Shown here: positions 1 through 9,440 of the stretch, piece by piece
How the letters are laid out: each line of letters opens with the position of its first letter
How positions within the stretch are numbered: the stretch's first letter is position 1
Origin: an uncultured bacterium
GTDB taxonomy: Bacteria; Babelota; Babeliae; Babelales; RVW-14
Direction of reading: 5' to 3'
DNA: 64,000 nt
Assembly (NCBI GenBank): GCA_963759805.1
Contig: CAVXAT010000001.1
Span: 32,001-96,000, forward strand
Notes under the pieces: model-generated
Told to the model about the DNA's origin: nothing
What the model saw: only the letters and a program-made list of their open reading frames with translations
Databases searched by the model: none
Translations under genes and position numbers: made by a program

Positions 1-179
1 AATTTTTTCATTAAGTTCTTTGAATTTATCCTCGATTTTGGATTGAATCCAAAAAGACTTAATTGTATTGATATCCGGCTCGATACTTTTTAAAGTTTCT
101 CGTAAATCGTCAATTAACATGGTTTTTTTACTCTATTTCTAAAAAATAATTAAAAAATAATTTACTCAGGCAAACCTGT

Positions 180-1352
180 TCAGGCAAGTCTTGCAATGCA
201 CTGTTCAATGTTCGAACTACGTTCAAGTGGTGTCGGATGGGTAATATGATTGTAAAGCTGATTGGTATAATGTTCGATAAATTCATATTTTTGGCTTATC
301 TCGCGTTCCTCTTCCTCCCCCATGTACTCTGCTAAATTTGAACAAGCCTTGTGCATTTTTTCATAAATGCGAAAGAACTCTTTTTCCGTCATACCCATTT
401 TAGGATCTAATGAATATGTCAGAGCGTCTTGAAAGACTTTATTAACAACATGCCCAAATTTTTTATGTGTAGAGCAGACTCCCAGATCTCCCAGTTCGGG
501 CATTTCATTTACCATAGAGTTTACGATAATTCTGATAACCTGGTGTGCATCCCCAAGATTTAATCTCAAAAGATCTGCATTTCCAGTTAAAATGTTATAC
601 ATGTGACCTGCCAGAGTAACCATGTCAATTGCCTGAGTCAAATTTTTGGCATCCGTTTTGCCCAGAAATTCTACAGCTTTTGAATCTGCAAAATATTCAC
701 ATTTTTTTGACTCCTGTTTATCTGTGTCGCACATGTGACCTATCTCATGTCCAATAATTGCGGCCAAAAGCTTATTTCCGTAGTTTTTCCACAAAAGAAG
801 TTTTATTAGACCCTCGCCAAGAACAAGTTTATGTTTTTGCTCAATGTGTTTATCAACAATGGTTTCAACTTGACGCTTGTAAGTCCTGGTGGTGGTTTTA
901 GTGTGAGTTATTGTTGCAGTGTTAGCACTTGCATTGTAAATGGTGCTATCGCTGCCAACGTACAAAACGAGTTTTGGCATTTCGATTTTTGCGTTTTGCA
1001 CAAATTTTTTAACAATATCTTTTACTGTTCTGTAAAGAGTTGGGCTACACGATTGATACTCATCAAGACTAATCTCATTAAGACTAGTTTGTGTTGCGGA
1101 TTTCTTAAGATTTGCGATTTCGCATTCGATTGTTTGATAGGAGTTGTTTGTTGGCTTTAATTCAATTGTGGCTTGAACCAAAGCGCTATAGGTCAAGCAG
1201 GCGGACTGATCTACAAGAATTTGATCTACAGTATGTTGTTGTGCAAATAAGTTGCCGCTCAGCAGGCAAAGGCTTGCCAAGCCTAGACCAAAACCGTGTG
1301 TAAAAACGAGTTTAAAAATCAGAGATTTAGAGTCAAAAATTACGTTTTTCAT
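180..1352 (-). CDS. Secreted M48-like zinc metalloprotease domain protein
   Basis: ORF 180..1367 with likely start MKNVIF at 1352; N-terminal hydrophobic segment; HEIGH zinc motif followed by E-x-x-AD and C-terminal THP..ER, typical of M48-like peptidases. Confidence 0.6.
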   Translation of the reverse strand: MKNVIFDSKSLIFKLVFTHGFGLGLASLCLLSGNLFAQQHTVDQILVDQSACLTYSALVQATIELKPTNNSYQTIECEIANLKKSATQTSLNEISLDEYQSCSPTLYRTVKDIVKKFVQNAKIEMPKLVLYVGSDSTIYNASANTATITHTKTTTRTYKRQVETIVDKHIEQKHKLVLGEGLIKLLLWKNYGNKLLAAIIGHEIGHMCDTDKQESKKCEYFADSKAVEFLGKTDAKNLTQAIDMVTLAGHMYNILTGNADLLRLNLGDAHQVIRIIVNSMVNEMPELGDLGVCSTHKKFGHVVNKVFQDALTYSLDPKMGMTEKEFFRIYEKMHKACSNLAEYMGEEEEREISQKYEFIEHYTNQLYNHITHPTPLERSSNIEQCIARLA

Positions 1353-1484
1353 TTTTATATACCCCATTTTTTATAATTTTAACGATAAATCAAATTAAAA
1401 ACCAGTTAAGTATATTAAAACATATAAAATCCTAATTGTCAATTTGCAAGCTTATGTCTATTTTTTAATAATTATTAACTATGG

Positions 1485-1517
1485 AAAAGCCCTCTGTGTT
1501 AAATTCAGAGGGCTTTT
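1485..1517 (-). terminator. Intrinsic terminator (possibly bidirectional)
   Basis: aaaagccctctg...cagagggctttt 12-bp stem downstream of the minus-strand repeat gene. Confidence 0.7.
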
Positions 1518-1553
1518 AAATCTAAAAAATCAGTTTGTTAAAAGAACGCCTAA

Positions 1554-2402
1554 TCAATTAAGCTTTGGCCTTTGTCCTTTTCTACCCAATGCCCTAGATA
1601 AATCTTTTGCGACACGTTTTACAGAAAGATCTTCATTTTTAAAGCCATCAATTGCAGCTTTTTTGGCTTCTTCGAATCCTTGTCCTTTTTCAACCAATGC
1701 ATTAAATAAAATTAATGCATAGCATTTTCCATTACTATCTTCATTTTTCATACAATCAACGGCGGCTTTTATGGCTTTTTCAAATCCTTGTCCTTTTTTA
1801 ACCAATGCATTAAATAAAAATAATGCTATATATCTTACGGCACTATCTTCATTTTTCATACAATCAACGGCGGCTTTTATGGCTTCTTCGAATCCTTGTC
1901 CTTTTTCAACCAATTCCATAAATAAAATTAATGCGTCATGTTTTCCATTACTATCTTCATTTTTCATACAATCAACGGCGGCTTTTATGGCTTCTTCAAA
2001 TCCTTGTCCTTTTTCAACCAATTCACTAAATAAAAATAATGCTATATGTCTTACGGTACTATCTTCATTTTTCATACAATCAACGGCAGCTTTTATAGCT
2101 TCTTTAAATCCTTGTCCTTTTTCAACCAATTCCCTAAATAAATTTAATGTTTTTTGTTTTACATAAAGATCTTCATTTTTAATGCCATCAACAGCAACCT
2201 TTATGGCTTGTTCAAAGTCTTGTTCTGTTTCCAATTCATCTGTTTCCAATTCAACAGCTTTAACGGCAACTTTAATTCTTTTTTCCAAACTTTGTTTTTC
2301 TCCTACTGCATTGTCGCAACACAAAACAGCTGCAAAATTTTGTGATACAAAAAGAGCAGTAATAACAATTAAAGCTCTAACCTTATTTCTAAACATTTCC
2401 AT
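1554..2402 (-). CDS. Secreted HEAT/ARM-like alpha-helical repeat protein (36-aa repeats)
   Basis: ATG at 2402 preceded by AGGAGG; signal-peptide-like N-terminus; repeats EAIKAAVDCMKNEDxxxxxxALxLFxxLVEKGQGF. Confidence 0.75.
   Translation of the reverse strand: MEMFRNKVRALIVITALFVSQNFAAVLCCDNAVGEKQSLEKRIKVAVKAVELETDELETEQDFEQAIKVAVDGIKNEDLYVKQKTLNLFRELVEKGQGFKEAIKAAVDCMKNEDSTVRHIALFLFSELVEKGQGFEEAIKAAVDCMKNEDSNGKHDALILFMELVEKGQGFEEAIKAAVDCMKNEDSAVRYIALFLFNALVKKGQGFEKAIKAAVDCMKNEDSNGKCYALILFNALVEKGQGFEEAKKAAIDGFKNEDLSVKRVAKDLSRALGRKGQRPKLN
1600..2215. repeat. Intragenic 108-bp tandem repeat (~5.5 copies)
   Basis: aatccttgtccttt recurs at 1675, 1783, 1891, 1999 and 2107 (period 108); outer boundaries approximate. 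Confidence 0.9.
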
Positions 2403-2757
2403 GGTCTGCCTCCTAAATAAAATAATAAACAATAGACTTAACGCTTCCATTTCACTAATAATCTTACATGGCGACATATGAAATAGCAAACGGGTGGTAG
2501 GTCAAAACAGCTTGTTTGGTTCTTTATTTACTATCTGGCAAATTGAAAAAAACAAGTCAAATTTTTACGAATGTTATTAATTAAAAAATTTAATGCTATA
2601 AATAATGCTATGAATTAGGATGGTTTAACCACAAGAGTCAAAGAAAGCTGGAATTCTTTCGTTTTATTTATTAAAATATAATTATCGACGTATTTTGGGG
2701 TGTAGTTATAAAAACTTAATTTTTATTAAAAATTAACCATATTAAGGTGTGATAGAT

Positions 2758-4614
2758 ATGAAAAAAAATCTAAGAGGTGGTGGTTTTTCAAACCGTGGTC
2801 CTAATGCAATTTGGATCTTACTGTTTTTTATCGGAATGGGGGTATTGTACCTGTTTTATTATAACAACTCTAATCGAGATGTTGAGATTCTTACTTACAG
2901 TAAATTATTGAGCGCTGTTGAGCAACAAAAAGTGGCATCCGTTGCAGTTCAGGATCAGCTGGCTAGTGGAAAATTCAAAGATGGCAAACAATTTAAATCA
3001 TATGTTGCTCCAACTGAAAAATTTTGGGATGTACTCAAGTCCAATAATGTTGATGTTGAGGTTTATCCTGAGGAGAAGACCTCTTGGGGCATTTATATAT
3101 TTTTAATGCTTTTGCCTTTCTTAATATTGATATTCTTCTTCTATATGCGACAGAATCAAGGTGGCGGTGGTGGAGGAGCAGGTAAAATTTTTAATGTTGG
3201 AAAAAGCAAAGCTAAATTTTTCTCGCCCAATACAATTACCGTGACATTCAAAGATGTTGCGGGTGTAACCGAGGCAAAAGAGGATCTTTTAGATATAATT
3301 GATTTCTTAAAAAGTCCTGCAAAATTTGAAGCGATTGGAGCAAAGATTCCTCGTGGCATCCTGTTAACAGGAGCGCCTGGAAACGGAAAAACTTTGCTTG
3401 CAAAAGCTGTTGCCGGTGAGGCAAATTGTCCATTTTTCAGCATCAGTGGATCTGATTTTGTGGAGGTGTTTGTGGGCGTTGGAGCATCCAGAGTTCGAGA
3501 TTTATTCGCGCAAGCTCGTAAGCACAGCCCTTGTATCCTATTTATTGACGAAATAGATGCTGTAGGTCGTCAAAGAGGTATTGGACTTGGTGGTGGGAAT
3601 GACGAGCGCGAACAGACCCTTAACCAGTTATTATCCGAAATGGACGGTTTTGTAACAGAACCTGGGGCAATTATAGTGTTAGCCGCAACCAATCGGCCGG
3701 ATGTGCTGGATAAAGCATTGCTTCGTCCAGGCCGATTTGACAGAATAATTGAGGTTCCATATCCGGATTTAACGAGCAGAGAAGCTATTCTTAAGGTTCA
3801 CTCACGCAAGGTCAAGCTTGATCCGGAAGTTGATCTGAATAAGATTGCTCGTGGTACACCAGGTTTTAGTGGAGCCGATTTGGAAAATTTGATTAATGAG
3901 GGGGCTTTGTTAGCCTCTAAAAACGGTGAACTTTGTGTAAAAAATGAGCATTTTGAGATAGCAAGAGATAAAATTATGCTTGGATCGGAGCGTAAGACTC
4001 TTATTTTAACGGACAAAGATAAGCAGTTAACGGCTTACCATGAAGCCGGGCATACACTTCTGAATATACTATTGCCAAGTACCGATCCATTTCATAAGGT
4101 AACGATTATTCCTCGTGGTAGGTCGCTGGGCGTCTCTTGGTCTTTGCCTGAAAGGGACCAGCATTCCAGAAGTAGGAGTGAGATGCTGGCTAAGATAACA
4201 ATATGCATGGGCGGATTGATAGTTGAGAAGATGAAATTTGATGAACAAACGACGGGTGCATCAAATGATATTGAAAAGGCTACGGACATCGCCAGAGATA
4301 TGGTGTGCCGTTATGGAATGTCTGATTTAGGGCCAATTGATTATAACTATAATATTGAACATCCTTATCTTGGACGGGATATTCAAAATCACAGAGAATT
4401 CTCTGAAAAAACTGCTGAAAGAATTGATTCTGAAGTTGCAAAAATCATAGCTTCTTGCCATGAAAACGGCAAAAAGCTTTTAACTGAGAATATTGATAAA
4501 TTGGAGATTTTGGCTAGTAAGTTGATTGAGAAAGAGACGCTGCAGGCCAAAGAGATTTACGAACTTTTAAATATTGAACCAAGAGAGCTGTACTCATTTA
4601 AGCCAAACGAGTAA
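2758..4614 (+). CDS. ftsH: ATP-dependent zinc metalloprotease FtsH
   Basis: Two TM segments, Walker A GAPGNGKT, Walker B FIDEID, SRH ATNRPDVLDKALLRPGRFD, HEAGH. Confidence 0.97.
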   Translation: MKKNLRGGGFSNRGPNAIWILLFFIGMGVLYLFYYNNSNRDVEILTYSKLLSAVEQQKVASVAVQDQLASGKFKDGKQFKSYVAPTEKFWDVLKSNNVDVEVYPEEKTSWGIYIFLMLLPFLILIFFFYMRQNQGGGGGGAGKIFNVGKSKAKFFSPNTITVTFKDVAGVTEAKEDLLDIIDFLKSPAKFEAIGAKIPRGILLTGAPGNGKTLLAKAVAGEANCPFFSISGSDFVEVFVGVGASRVRDLFAQARKHSPCILFIDEIDAVGRQRGIGLGGGNDEREQTLNQLLSEMDGFVTEPGAIIVLAATNRPDVLDKALLRPGRFDRIIEVPYPDLTSREAILKVHSRKVKLDPEVDLNKIARGTPGFSGADLENLINEGALLASKNGELCVKNEHFEIARDKIMLGSERKTLILTDKDKQLTAYHEAGHTLLNILLPSTDPFHKVTIIPRGRSLGVSWSLPERDQHSRSRSEMLAKITICMGGLIVEKMKFDEQTTGASNDIEKATDIARDMVCRYGMSDLGPIDYNYNIEHPYLGRDIQNHREFSEKTAERIDSEVAKIIASCHENGKKLLTENIDKLEILASKLIEKETLQAKEIYELLNIEPRELYSFKPNE

Positions 4615-4742
4615 AAGTAAATTAGTGAAAGTGTTGCTCAAGTTATAAATATTAAGTCCATAATTTAAAAAACTTCAAAAAATATGGACTTATGCTAAAA
4701 TAGAATTACATTAAGATTTAGTTTTGCGAAAGGACTTTGTAA

Positions 4743-4940
4743 ATGGCAAATATATGTGCAATATGTGACAAACGACCACAGGTTGGGAATTTTGTAAGTA
4801 ACGCAAATAATAAGACAAAGCGTTGGATCTATCCAAACGTCCACGTGATCCGTTTCAGATTAAAAGGCCAAACTGGCGTGTACAGAGATGCTGTATGCAC
4901 AAAGTGCCTAAAAGCTGGTAAAATTGAAAAAGTTGTTTAA
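4743..4940 (+). CDS. rpmB: 50S ribosomal protein L28
   Basis: CxxC...GNxVSxANNKTKRWIYPNV...CTKCLK pattern. Confidence 0.92.
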   Translation: MANICAICDKRPQVGNFVSNANNKTKRWIYPNVHVIRFRLKGQTGVYRDAVCTKCLKAGKIEKVV

Positions 4941-4968
4941 TTGATTTAACATTCAGGGATTATTAGAA

Positions 4969-5238
4969 ATGGCAAATATTAAATCTGCAAAAAAGAGAGC
5001 AAGGCAGACTATTAAAAAAGAGAAAGTGAATCAAGCTAGGCTTTCTGAGATCAAAACATATGCAAAAAATATTTTGAAAGCACTTGAAGAGAAAGACGTT
5101 GAAACTGCAAAGCGTCTATTTAAAGTTGCTGAAACTAAGATTGCAAGAGCAAAGGGTAAGGGAACATTAAAGGCAAATACAGCGGCTCGAAAAATTAGCA
5201 GACTATCAAAAAAGGTTTTTGCCACAGCTGAAGTTTAG
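4969..5238 (+). CDS. rpsT: 30S ribosomal protein S20
   Basis: MANIKSAKKRARQ...NTAARKISRL. Confidence 0.96.
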   Translation: MANIKSAKKRARQTIKKEKVNQARLSEIKTYAKNILKALEEKDVETAKRLFKVAETKIARAKGKGTLKANTAARKISRLSKKVFATAEV

Positions 5239-5289
5239 TGAATTCTTGTAAAAAGTATGTGTCACTTTCAGAAAAGTGAGGGATAGGGT

Positions 5290-5883
5290 ATGATGAAGTC
5301 GAGTGAGTTGGTTTTGATCGTTGAAACGGTTGAAGAAGGTGTAAAATTTTATACCGAGAAGCTAGGTTTCGATATTATTGATCTCCAGGAAAGTTCTGAG
5401 AATGGAAGGCATTTGGTCTCGGCGCGCCTTCACAAAGGAAAGTGTATAATTATACTGCGAGCGCCACTTGTCGAAGAACTTGCGGCTTTCAGTTTTATTA
5501 AACGCTGCGTAAATCGCTGTACCGGTCTTTATATTGAAATGAAAAAAGGGCTTGAAAAGTATTATCAACGTTGCATCAAAAGGGGTATTAAGGTTGTCGG
5601 AGAGTTAAAAAAATCAGAACATGGGAATCTAGAATTTTCAATTAGGGATCCATTCGGAACGATGCTTACTTTTGCTGAACCAGTTGCCAAAGATGCTGCT
5701 AAATCTTTTGATATTCTTGGTATGGCAGTTGATAAAAATGCATTGAAAGCTAAAAATGCTGCATACATCAAGACAACATCTGATCAGATTATCAGTAATT
5801 TAAAAGAACTTGGAATTCTACGTCGCGCAGCTAAGAAGTTTGCAAAAGCAAAGCTTAAAGAACTTTCAAAAACACTGAAGTAA
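5290..5883 (+). CDS. VOC/glyoxalase-fold protein with basic C-terminal extension
   Basis: V..VEEGVKFYTEKLGF and EFSIRDPFG motifs of the VOC superfamily. Confidence 0.7.
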   Translation: MMKSSELVLIVETVEEGVKFYTEKLGFDIIDLQESSENGRHLVSARLHKGKCIIILRAPLVEELAAFSFIKRCVNRCTGLYIEMKKGLEKYYQRCIKRGIKVVGELKKSEHGNLEFSIRDPFGTMLTFAEPVAKDAAKSFDILGMAVDKNALKAKNAAYIKTTSDQIISNLKELGILRRAAKKFAKAKLKELSKTLK

Positions 5884-5891
5884 TTCCGTTG

Positions 5892-5918
5892 TGTCATGCT
5901 GAATTTATTTCAGCATCC
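5892..5918. repeat. REP/RPE-like palindrome
   Basis: tgtcatgctgaatttatttcagcatcc; same family as gtcatcctgaacttgattcaggatc at 9127/9415. Confidence 0.6.
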
Positions 5919-5945
5919 ATAATAGATTTATTCCGATCAAAATTG

Positions 5946-5971
5946 GGGCGAACATAGTTTCGCCCTTTTTT
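5946..5971 (+). terminator. Intrinsic terminator
   Basis: gggcgaa-catagt-ttcgccc followed by T6. Confidence 0.7.
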
Positions 5972-5978
5972 AGTGTCT

Positions 5979-6491
5979 TTAAATTTTACTAAACCCATCA
6001 CGAAGCATTTTATAAACTTTTTTTATATCAGAGCTCAGAATCTTTACATTTCCAATTGTTTCACAAAAATTGGTGTCCCCTATCCAACGAGGAAGGATGT
6101 GAACATGAAGGTGTGATGGAATTCCACCGCCACCGGCAATTCCCATATTGATTCCAATGTTGAAACCCTTTGCTTTCAAAGCATTTTCAAGAACTGTTGT
6201 TGCAACAGATGTTACTTCAAAAATCTCAGATCTCGCTTTTTTGCTGACATTTCTGATGTTACCTTCATGCTCATTTGGTAAAACCATCAAATGCCCAACA
6301 TTGTATGGGAACATGTTCATCATTATAAAACAGTTATCAAAACGTTTCAAAATTAAATATTTTTCATCTTGATTTAATGTAAGTTGATGACAAAAAACGC
6401 AGTTGTTTGGGAATTTATTTTTATCTTTGTTTTCGCGATTGTCATTTATGTAATCATGCCGCCATGGGGCATACAAAAGATCTCTTTTCAC
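5979..6491 (-). CDS. HIT family hydrolase (Ap4A phosphorylase/FHIT-like)
   Basis: LYAPWR, CVFC, PYNVGHLMV, GFNIGIN, HLHVHILPRW. Confidence 0.88.
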   Translation of the reverse strand: MKRDLLYAPWRHDYINDNRENKDKNKFPNNCVFCHQLTLNQDEKYLILKRFDNCFIMMNMFPYNVGHLMVLPNEHEGNIRNVSKKARSEIFEVTSVATTVLENALKAKGFNIGINMGIAGGGGIPSHLHVHILPRWIGDTNFCETIGNVKILSSDIKKVYKMLRDGFSKI

Positions 6492-6614
6492 AATAATCTC
6501 CTAAAATATTTGATTTTCGATGGCTTAAGAATAAACAAATGAGCATCGAATTTCAATAAACAGCAAAACTCTATATTTTTAGATAATAACTGTTGGGAAT
6601 TCTTGCCAAAATTC

Positions 6615-6642
6615 TTGACGTTCTAGGTACATCTGGTAGCCT
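6615..6642 (+). promoter_or_regulatory. Putative sigma70 promoter for tRNA-Leu
   Basis: TTGACG-16 bp-TAGCCT with upstream TG, about 36 bp before the tRNA. Confidence 0.45.
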
Positions 6643-6678
6643 ATTGCTAGATGTTTTCATTGAAATAATAAAATTTGT

Positions 6679-6762
6679 GCCGAAGTGGCGGAACTGGCAG
6701 ACGCACGGGACTCAAAATCCCGCGGTAGCAATATCGTGTCGGTTCGACTCCGACCTTCGGCA
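6679..6762 (+). tRNA. tRNA-Leu(CAA), CCA not encoded
   Basis: Acceptor gccgaag/cttcggc, anticodon arm cggga-ctCAAaa-tcccg, long variable arm, GGTTCGACTCC T-arm. Confidence 0.95.
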
Positions 6763-6830
6763 CTCTCCTACGCCCTTCCCCCTTCGCTCAGGTAGCTATG
6801 GGGGACAAGACGTGGCTACGAAGAGCAGGC
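6763..6830 (+). repeat. Nested REP-like hairpin element directly 3' of tRNA-Leu
   Basis: Outer ctctcctacgcc...ggctacgaagagcaggcc, inner cccccttcgc...gctatgggggacaag. Confidence 0.65.
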
Positions 6831-6865
6831 CATCCTTCTTAAATGGGTGTCAAAAGGGTTTTTCT

Positions 6866-7216
6866 ATGTTAGATTCTTCATGTATCTTCTGTAAAATTAT
6901 TCAAGGCTCTATTCCCAGTGTTGTTGTAAAAGAGAATGAGTATATCACGGTGATTAAGAATATTGCTCCAAAAGCGCCTGTGCACTACCTAATCATACCC
7001 AAAAAGCATCTTGCTGATGTTGCAGCGCTAACAGATTCAGATAAAGAATTTGGCTGGCAGATGTTAAAAATTGCAGCCGAGATTTCAAAAGACGAAAAGC
7101 TACAAGGTTTTAATCTTGTAGCAAACAACGGGCATGCAGCAGGTCAAAGCGTGTTTCACTTACATTTTCATTTTATTTCCGGTAAAAATCTTTATTCAGG
7201 TGGATTTACATTGTGA
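6866..7216 (+). CDS. HIT/HinT-like purine nucleoside phosphoramidase
   Basis: CIFCKII, APKAPVHYLIIPKKH, AGQSVFHLHFH; true start at 6866 because the longer ORF runs through the tRNA. Confidence 0.9.
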   Translation: MLDSSCIFCKIIQGSIPSVVVKENEYITVIKNIAPKAPVHYLIIPKKHLADVAALTDSDKEFGWQMLKIAAEISKDEKLQGFNLVANNGHAAGQSVFHLHFHFISGKNLYSGGFTL

Positions 7217-8166
7217 AGAAATTTAGTTTTAAGAAAAAATTTTGGGTAACTGTTGCCATTTTAACCACAATATCTTTTATAATTGTTGGTCTTTCATACC
7301 ACATAATGCACATGCTTTTGTACACAAGTGATAGCATTTTCTATGGTAAAAAACAGTCTGTTCTTGCTCAAGAGGTTCGGGAAGAGCTTTACAAACTTAA
7401 TGAGATTCAAAACGTAAAATTCAAATCAGCTGATAATCTAACCCTTACCGGGATAATTATAAAAAGACCTAAAGCAAAGGCTAATTTGCTGCTATGCCAT
7501 GGTTACAGATCAAGCAAAGAGTTCATGTACGGTTTTATAGATTTATTTCCGGATTTTAACATGCTGTTGTTCGATTTTAGGGCGCATGGACAAAGCGAAG
7601 GCAAAATGATTTCTATTGGATGCCATGAATACAAAGATGTTTTTGCAGCTGCCGAATTTATGAAGAAATCCATGCTTGAACAGGATGGTGTTACATTGCC
7701 ATTTATAATTCTAGGCATTTCGATGGGAGCGGCTTCTGGCATTAAAGCAGCAAGCTTAGATCCTAACCTCTGTGATGCTTTGATCATTGATTCAACATTT
7801 TCGAATTTGCACAGTATCATGATTAAAGGTTTTGCGATTAAGTCAGGGCTCCCTTATTATCCATTTTTCCCAATTATTCGGTACTTCTTTGAAAGCGCAG
7901 CGGATTGCAAGATTTGCGAAATGAATCCCGTAAAATGCATTGAAAAAATTACAAAACCTATTCTTTTTATTCATTCATGTAACGATAATTTTATCTCGCC
8001 TAAACATGGTTTACGTCTTTACGAACATGCAGGACTTTCTCGGTATGCAAGGCTTTGGATTGGACCAAAGTGTCGGCATGGTTGGTTGCATTCTTATTAT
8101 TCAGATATTTATAAGAAAAAGGTTAACGGTTTCTTGCGCAAAGCAATTAATCTAGACGTTAAATAA
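7213..8166 (+). CDS. Membrane-anchored alpha/beta hydrolase
   Basis: HGY, FDFRAHGQSEG, GISMG nucleophile elbow, D and H catalytic positions. Confidence 0.85.
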   Translation: MKKFSFKKKFWVTVAILTTISFIIVGLSYHIMHMLLYTSDSIFYGKKQSVLAQEVREELYKLNEIQNVKFKSADNLTLTGIIIKRPKAKANLLLCHGYRSSKEFMYGFIDLFPDFNMLLFDFRAHGQSEGKMISIGCHEYKDVFAAAEFMKKSMLEQDGVTLPFIILGISMGAASGIKAASLDPNLCDALIIDSTFSNLHSIMIKGFAIKSGLPYYPFFPIIRYFFESAADCKICEMNPVKCIEKITKPILFIHSCNDNFISPKHGLRLYEHAGLSRYARLWIGPKCRHGWLHSYYSDIYKKKVNGFLRKAINLDVK

Positions 8167-8178
8167 AGAGGCTTTCAA

Positions 8179-9099
8179 ATGGTGTACGATGTTGCTGTCA
8201 TAGGATCAGGTCCTGCTGGGCTTACTGCTGGAATTTACATGTCACGAGCAAAACTTAATACTATCATTTTTGAGGGCACACAGCCCGGTGGACAGCTGAC
8301 TACGACGACTATGGTTGAAAACTGGCCGGGCAATGTCTCAATCGATGGGCCAGATTTGATGATGCAGATGCGCAATCATGCGCAGCATTACGGTTGTAAG
8401 CTTGAAATGAATCAAATTATCAAAGTTGATTTTGAAAATAAGTCTTATGTGCTACATCTTGATAATGGGCAAACAGTTCAGGCAAATAGTGTGATTATTG
8501 CAACAGGAGCGGCTCACAGACAGCTTGGTTGTCCGGGAGAAAAGGAGTATTTTTCCAAAGGCGTGTCGGTTTGTGCAACATGTGATGCCCCATTTTTTAA
8601 AGATAAGCATGTGGTAGTTGTCGGTGGTGGGGACTCAGCCGTTACGGAAGCCGAACATCTGACGCATTTTACAAAAAAGCTCACGCTTGTTCATATTCTT
8701 GATCAATTAACGGCAAAAGATCCAATTAAATACAAAGTGATGGAAAATCCAAATGTTGATATAATCTACAGTTCTGCCGTAAAAGAGATTAAAGGCGATG
8801 GCCATAAGATGACATCTGTCATTATTGAAAATCAAAAAGATAAATCATTAAAAGAAATTAGTGCTGATGGGCTTTTTGTTGCAATTGGCATGAGCCCAAA
8901 TACTGCTATCTTTAAAGATCAGATAGAGTTAGATAAATATGGGTATGTAGTTGTAAAAGACAACACCAAAACAAGCAAAGAGGGTGTATTCGTTGCCGGA
9001 GATGCTGCTGATTACAGATACCGTCAGGCGATAACGGCTGCCGGGACCGGATGTATGGCGGCGCTTGATTGCCAGGCATACTTAAGTAGGCTAAAATAA
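8179..9099 (+). CDS. trxB: Thioredoxin reductase
   Basis: GSGPAG, CATCD redox motif, GGGDSA, GVFVAGD. Confidence 0.96.
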   Translation: MVYDVAVIGSGPAGLTAGIYMSRAKLNTIIFEGTQPGGQLTTTTMVENWPGNVSIDGPDLMMQMRNHAQHYGCKLEMNQIIKVDFENKSYVLHLDNGQTVQANSVIIATGAAHRQLGCPGEKEYFSKGVSVCATCDAPFFKDKHVVVVGGGDSAVTEAEHLTHFTKKLTLVHILDQLTAKDPIKYKVMENPNVDIIYSSAVKEIKGDGHKMTSVIIENQKDKSLKEISADGLFVAIGMSPNTAIFKDQIELDKYGYVVVKDNTKTSKEGVFVAGDAADYRYRQAITAAGTGCMAALDCQAYLSRLK

Positions 9100-9146
9100 G
9101 GACAAGGCTTATCACCTCCCCCCTTTGTCATCCTGAACTTGATTCA

Positions 9147-9397
9147 CAACTGTCCGAAGTGCTTTAAAAGCCATCTGAACGCTTGTTGCGCTCACTCAAG
9201 GGCGCTCGCCCTGAGTGCCGAGCCTTGCGAGGCGTATCGAAGGGTGCGCCCTAAAAACTTATTCTATCCGCCGTTGCGCTCTATCCTTCGATACGATTTG
9301 CTAAGCAACAAGTTGCTTGCAAATCACTCAGGACGAGCGCGATGAAAACCATACGCATCCGACGATTCAAAGCTACGTTTAACACTTCGGACAGTTA
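9147..9397. mobile_element. MITE (251 bp, non-autonomous) inserted in a REP
   Basis: Terminal inverted repeats caactgtccgaagtg (9147-9161) and cacttcggacagtta (9383-9397); flanked by 13-bp direct repeat tgaacttgattca (9134-9146, 9398-9410). Confidence 0.85.
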
Positions 9398-9440
9398 TGA
9401 ACTTGATTCAGGATCCATGGATTTATGGTTCCTTTAATTT

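Noticed and set aside
1600..2215. Possible CRISPR array
   Set aside because: The period is 108 bp, in frame within a protein; there are no unique spacers and no cas genes.
6593..6865. N-terminal extension of the HIT ORF
   Set aside because: It overlaps tRNA-Leu and a REP; the real start is 6866.
9139..9345. 68-aa ORF
   Set aside because: It lies within the MITE/REP and has no transposase features.
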